Of a stretch of 64,000 nt of DNA, positions 60,182 through 64,000 are shown one piece after another. The stretch spans positions 24,289,037 through 24,353,036 of the forward strand of contig NC_092698.1 in the NCBI RefSeq assembly GCF_964275005.1, in the 5' to 3' direction. The notes below the pieces were generated by a model, which ran no database searches, was not told where the DNA came from, and saw only the letters and a list, made by a program, of their open reading frames with translations. The DNA comes from Diadema setosum (lineage: Eukaryota). Within the stretch, counting starts at the first letter, position 1. The number at the start of each line of letters is the position of its first letter. A program made the translations under genes and the position numbers.

Positions 60182-61450
60182 CTGAAAAGGAAAAAAAACA
60201 CACACACACACACACACACACACAAAGGGAAAATCACAGAAAAGGAACATGACTATTGTGATTCCACTACATATCGGTGAAATTATTTTTTGTTTACAAA
60301 ATGTAATCATGTATATATACCCTATAATGATTGTATAGAAAGATATAAATAGTTATTGTTTCAGTTGTAAAAGTCGGGTTATGCAATACGTTACGGTGTA
60401 CGTGAAGTTGTATGTCAATTAATGTTACAGTACATTTGCGCTTTGTGCAAGATCTTTGGGTGTACTTGCAATGTATTTCGTACATATTTTTGCAGTTTCA
60501 ATGTACGAATAATTTCCATCGCGGACAAAAAAAAAAAAAAAGGTGTGAAACCAATCAATCAATCTATGAAAAATGCTAATTTGAAATCGGGCATGGGCAT
60601 ACCTATACACTCTTAGATATTTATATGCAATACGCATTATCGTAATAATAATGATGTATATGCTGATTTGGAATTGGGCATCTACCTATAAACAATGTAC
60701 TCATAAATTATTCAATACACCTACGCACATTATCGATATAATCAGGATATACACGTACATAGATGTGAATGTGTGAATGATTTCAATACATATATCATTC
60801 TGCGAAAGACTTAATAGCACAGGTGACGCCAGAGGTATCATACAAGCATCAATAAATTACCTTTGGAGACAAGGTCTACATACAAGGACATGGAAACTTC
60901 AATTTATGTGAAAGCCGTGTAATGTATGAATATTGTGTGAATAGTACAAAGCATCTATATTAAGGGCATTTGCCTCTCATCTCGACTCTATCATTGTTTG
61001 TTGGTTTTTCTCATGTAATTTGCTGCGCCAATTGCTAAGTCTGTTGCGTTGACAAAGGATCTCGAGTGAATGCACTATACGAGATTAATTCCCCTACAAA
61101 ATAGGTAGATCAGACCACCTGATAAATCAACCGTAAACCACGTGATGAGTACCTAATTGACATTTAGGCAGTTTAGATCTGCGACACTACTACCGTGATA
61201 CTCCTATTAAAAAGAAAAAGAATTAAAAAATATATAATATGCTCTGCGCATGTGCGAGATATCTGTTCCCAAAGTTGATTTATTGTTCAATTAGGGAGGC
61301 GCGTCGTAGCATCAGCGTCGCAGATCTGAAGCTGCCTATTGTTGTTTATTGCACGAACGGATAGGTATAGAAGCGATGGCTAAAGATCTAGGTGAAGGCA
61401 CCAGCCTGGGTACACAAAAAAAGGGCCGAGGACGTGTGATTTTACTGTAC

Positions 61451-61589
61451 CTGCTCCTGCACTCTTCGACACGAACCAGTTCTCCTTGTCCGATTCATCC
61501 GTTTGGGCGTTGAAGGTGAAGCAATTGCCGAGATGGGTTAGCACAGATGTGAGGGCGCCATCCTCACACTCTTGGTCATCCCAGTCACA
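61451..61589 (-). CDS. ASIC-like exon encoding CDWDDQECEDGALTSVLTHLGNCFTFNAQTDESDKENWFVSKSAGA(A).
   Basis: Matches ASIC1 [44 protein letters not shown]. Minus-strand acceptor (ct)n..ccaaag|tgt and donor gcag|gtacag. Anchored by ORF 61380-61601(-). Confidence 0.8.
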
Positions 61590-61762
61590 CTTTGGTGTCA
61601 AGATAGCAAGAGAGAGAGAAAAAGGGGGGGGGGGGATGGAAGGAGAAGGAAAAGAAGGAAAGAAAGAGGGACAAAAGTGAGGGCGATGGTCAGTTAGATG
61701 TACGAGCAGGAACTCTACTTTTCAAATAAACACCGATTTTATTTTTTCTTCTTCAGAGCAAG

Positions 61763-61895
<133 letters not shown>

Positions 61896-62601
61896 TAGAT
61901 AGATAATACGCGCTTACAAGAATGATTATGTTACTAATAGGTAATATACATCCTCAATTTCTGTTCAATTCAACTTTATATCACTTCCCAACATGATCCT
62001 CCTAAATATAGGTTTCATTTATAAAAAGAGACAAAATAAAGAAATGCAGATTTTGCATTCTTCATGTCAATTAAAAGTCATCGAGTTGGTTGCTGTTAAT
62101 ACATTATAGTATTGCATCCTGCATTAAATCGTGCCATATAAGAAGGCCTTTGTAATATTTCATCTCGAGTCACTGTGCTGTGGATGGCCGTTGTTTGCTT
62201 ACTTTTGATTACTAATCTTCACACTCCCCCCCCCCCCTACACACAGTCTGAATCTAGTTCTTCTCGATAGCTATTTGTTATTTTTAGTCCTCTTCAGAAT
62301 GCTAGTTTAAAAGCTTTGTTTATTTAGTTGGATACTGACTTTCAGTGGGTGGAGATATTTCGCTTTTTCTATTCTACGATGTCTATTCTTTTACTTTGTA
62401 TTCTGCATAGATTTATCTACTGAGCGATATTCGGGTGATTTGTATCAGCAATAGTGTTATGAGCAGCAGCGAACCAATCCGATTTACGTATGGGGAACCC
62501 CCTCAAGTAGTATACCCAATCTGCTTATTGTTCATAATTATACTCAATATAAGAATGCATGTTTCCGGTAATCCTGTCGTATATGTACAGAGGTAGCCTA
62601 C

Positions 62602-62768
62602 CGAGACAACGACGTCCTCAATTTGGTGTCCAGTTCGCATGGTGAACTCCGTCATGTTGTAATCGCTGTCTTCATCGACCGCCGTCCAGTTCACGTTATC
62701 CAGAAAGTCACGGAACTCGTCGGTATAGAGATTGGGGTATATCAGGTCATGATCTTCGTCAATGATGC
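62602..62768 (-). CDS. ASIC-like exon encoding (G)IIDEDHDLIYPNLYTDEFRDFLDNVNWTAVDEDSDYNMTEFTMRTGHQIEDVVVS.
   Basis: Matches ASIC1 ...[20 protein letters not shown]. Minus-strand acceptor tttttcag|gc and donor tctcg|gtaggc. Anchored by ORF 62503-62694(-). Confidence 0.75.
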
Positions 62769-63556
62769 CTGAAAAATAAAAGAAAAGAAAAAGATACTAG
62801 AATCATCCTAGCACATCAGAGCTAGATGTGCAAAATGCCCCCCCCCCCCAATTGTACTACTTGAAAACTTTACAACTTTAACAACTTGCAAGTTACGAAC
62901 CTAAGAACAAAGATTTCCCTCTGTCGCCAGAAAGTTTTTCCAAACTTTCATCATCGGTATTTCTTTCAACGAAGCTCTAACTGAATGATACAAACTAGAC
63001 CTGACCCAGGTTGAATGACACATTCCTCAATGTCATTGAAAGCAGGCCAATAAATTTAAAATGACATGGTACCACTTAAAAAGACACAATTCTTATCATG
63101 ATTTAGAAATATGACGAAAGTCTCTTAGTGGAATTTATCATCAAAGACGAAAATGAGCTGTTCTATGGACCTCTATTTTTTCCTGTGTATTGCAAGGAAT
63201 GATACATGTAAACACCTCCTTCTCTTACTCCGAAGAAGGAAAAAAACAACAACATGGCCAACAAATAAACAAATTGACTGCTGGAAACGATTATAAACGA
63301 AAAAGGTTCACCAGCGTCAGCAATCATATTTCCGTGAGTTTATTTTATCAAATCAAATCAGGTCTGAACTAACCTTGTCTACTCTAATGATCACCAGTGA
63401 TTCAAATATGACTTATGTTTATGCACCTGTCGATAATCATGTTAAGACATGTATGACGTACATGATTTTTAACTAGGTTGGTATATCTTGGTTTGGGTCT
63501 ATATTATGTTGCACATGAGATTAAAGGGATATGCAAGAATATGTAATTCGCATTAC

Positions 63557-63614
63557 CTGAGTACACATCGGCAGGATAACTATTTTTCTCTCCTTTACTG
63601 CTGAAGTTATGAAA
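63557..63614 (-). CDS. Candidate small ASIC-like exon encoding FHNFSSKGEKNSYPADVYS, a possibly divergent post-TM1 FPAVTxC region.
   Basis: Minus-strand acceptor tttttag|ttt and donor tactcag|gtaatg. The phase fits the 62768 exon (g + gc). The alignment [23 protein letters not shown] versus FHNFSSKGEK--NS--YPADVYS is weak. Confidence 0.3.
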
Positions 63615-64000
63615 CTAAAAACTTTGTCTTCTTTTAAACATGGGCGTCAAGCAAACAGGGAAAAAGGGATTATGTGACGATCAAGAATGGATGCTTGATA
63701 GTTATTGTATCTCACTATCCCCCCCCCCCCCATGGATTCTGCATCGTTGCGGGGTGCTTCTAGTCTCTGACACGTAAAATAGACATGTTACTCCAAATGT
63801 GGCTTCGATTCACCGTGCATAAATAGGTCCATGAATTATGCCCGTTTCGTGTTGGCACTACCATAATTCCATTGCGCCACTATAGCAATCATCCCACGTA
63901 TAAACTCTCTCGCCTACACTAGAACGCCCGGCTCGCCACCGCGGGAAGCGATGCATGCCCGAATCGGGAAGTCAATATTTGCTTAATTTTTCTCAATAAA

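Noticed and set aside
63150-63340. Minus-strand ORF (MIADAGEPFSFIIVSSSQFVYLLAMLLFFSFFG...) considered as the N-terminus and TM1 of the ASIC-like gene.
   Set aside because: It lacks the conserved DEG/ENaC N-terminal HG motif. Its hydrophobic stretch comes only ~15 aa after the Met, and its phase and position do not connect to the downstream exons.

Overview
This window is eukaryotic (metazoan, invertebrate-like) nuclear DNA, not a prokaryotic locus. It is AT-rich, full of microsatellites ((TA)n, (GATA)n, (CA)n, (ATT)n), and dense in interspersed repeats. Coding sequence is split into small exons bounded by canonical AG/GT splice sites. There are no operons, CRISPR arrays or rRNA/tRNA genes.

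Four protein-coding loci can be supported by reading the sequence:

1. Plus strand, about 18.2 kb to at least 42.4 kb: a vault-type poly(ADP-ribose) polymerase gene (PARP4-like) of at least 20 exons. The exons encode, in order, the PARP helical regulatory domain, the PARP catalytic domain, a VIT domain and a vWA domain with an intact MIDAS motif (DCSTSM). Exon phases are compatible throughout, but the 29564/31993 junction rests on a weak alternative acceptor. A speculative, phase-consistent 5' extension (exons at 12.4, 15.6 and 16.9 kb) is possible.

2. Minus strand, 54.8 kb to at least 62.8 kb: a DEG/ENaC/ASIC-family sodium channel gene. Seven exons are well supported, plus one candidate exon; they cover the cysteine-rich extracellular domain through TM2 and the C-terminus.

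3. Plus strand, 47.0 to 51.6 kb: a gene whose roughly 1.3 kb main exon encodes a synaptobrevin-like R-SNARE coiled-coil motif, a long proline-rich linker and an acidic stretch. Two downstream exons add a C-terminal transmembrane helix and a 57-aa tail.

4. Minus strand, positions 2 to 791: the first coding exon of a gene that runs off the window start. It encodes a Ser/Thr/Glu-rich low-complexity protein.

The rest of the window is dominated by mobile elements:
- a family of about 400-bp foldback MITEs whose whole body is palindromic, with at least 6 copies;
- two 98%-identical 1.46-kb TIR DNA-transposon copies in inverted orientation inside PARP4-like introns;
- two 5'-truncated non-LTR retrotransposon fragments (reverse transcriptase and C-terminal CCHC region) from a family whose 3' ends carry a GAAATAAA-(TGAAY)n tail;
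- tRNA-derived SINE-like modules;
- an 830-bp near-perfect palindrome embedded in a TTTGACC-containing tandem-repeat block;
- a 570-bp tandem duplication carrying a 180-bp hairpin;
- a 122-bp minisatellite;
- a short interstitial (TTAGGG)n-type telomeric repeat.

I found nothing resembling a novel prokaryotic defence or biosynthetic system. The interest here lies in the gene models and in how the transposons are arranged within them.
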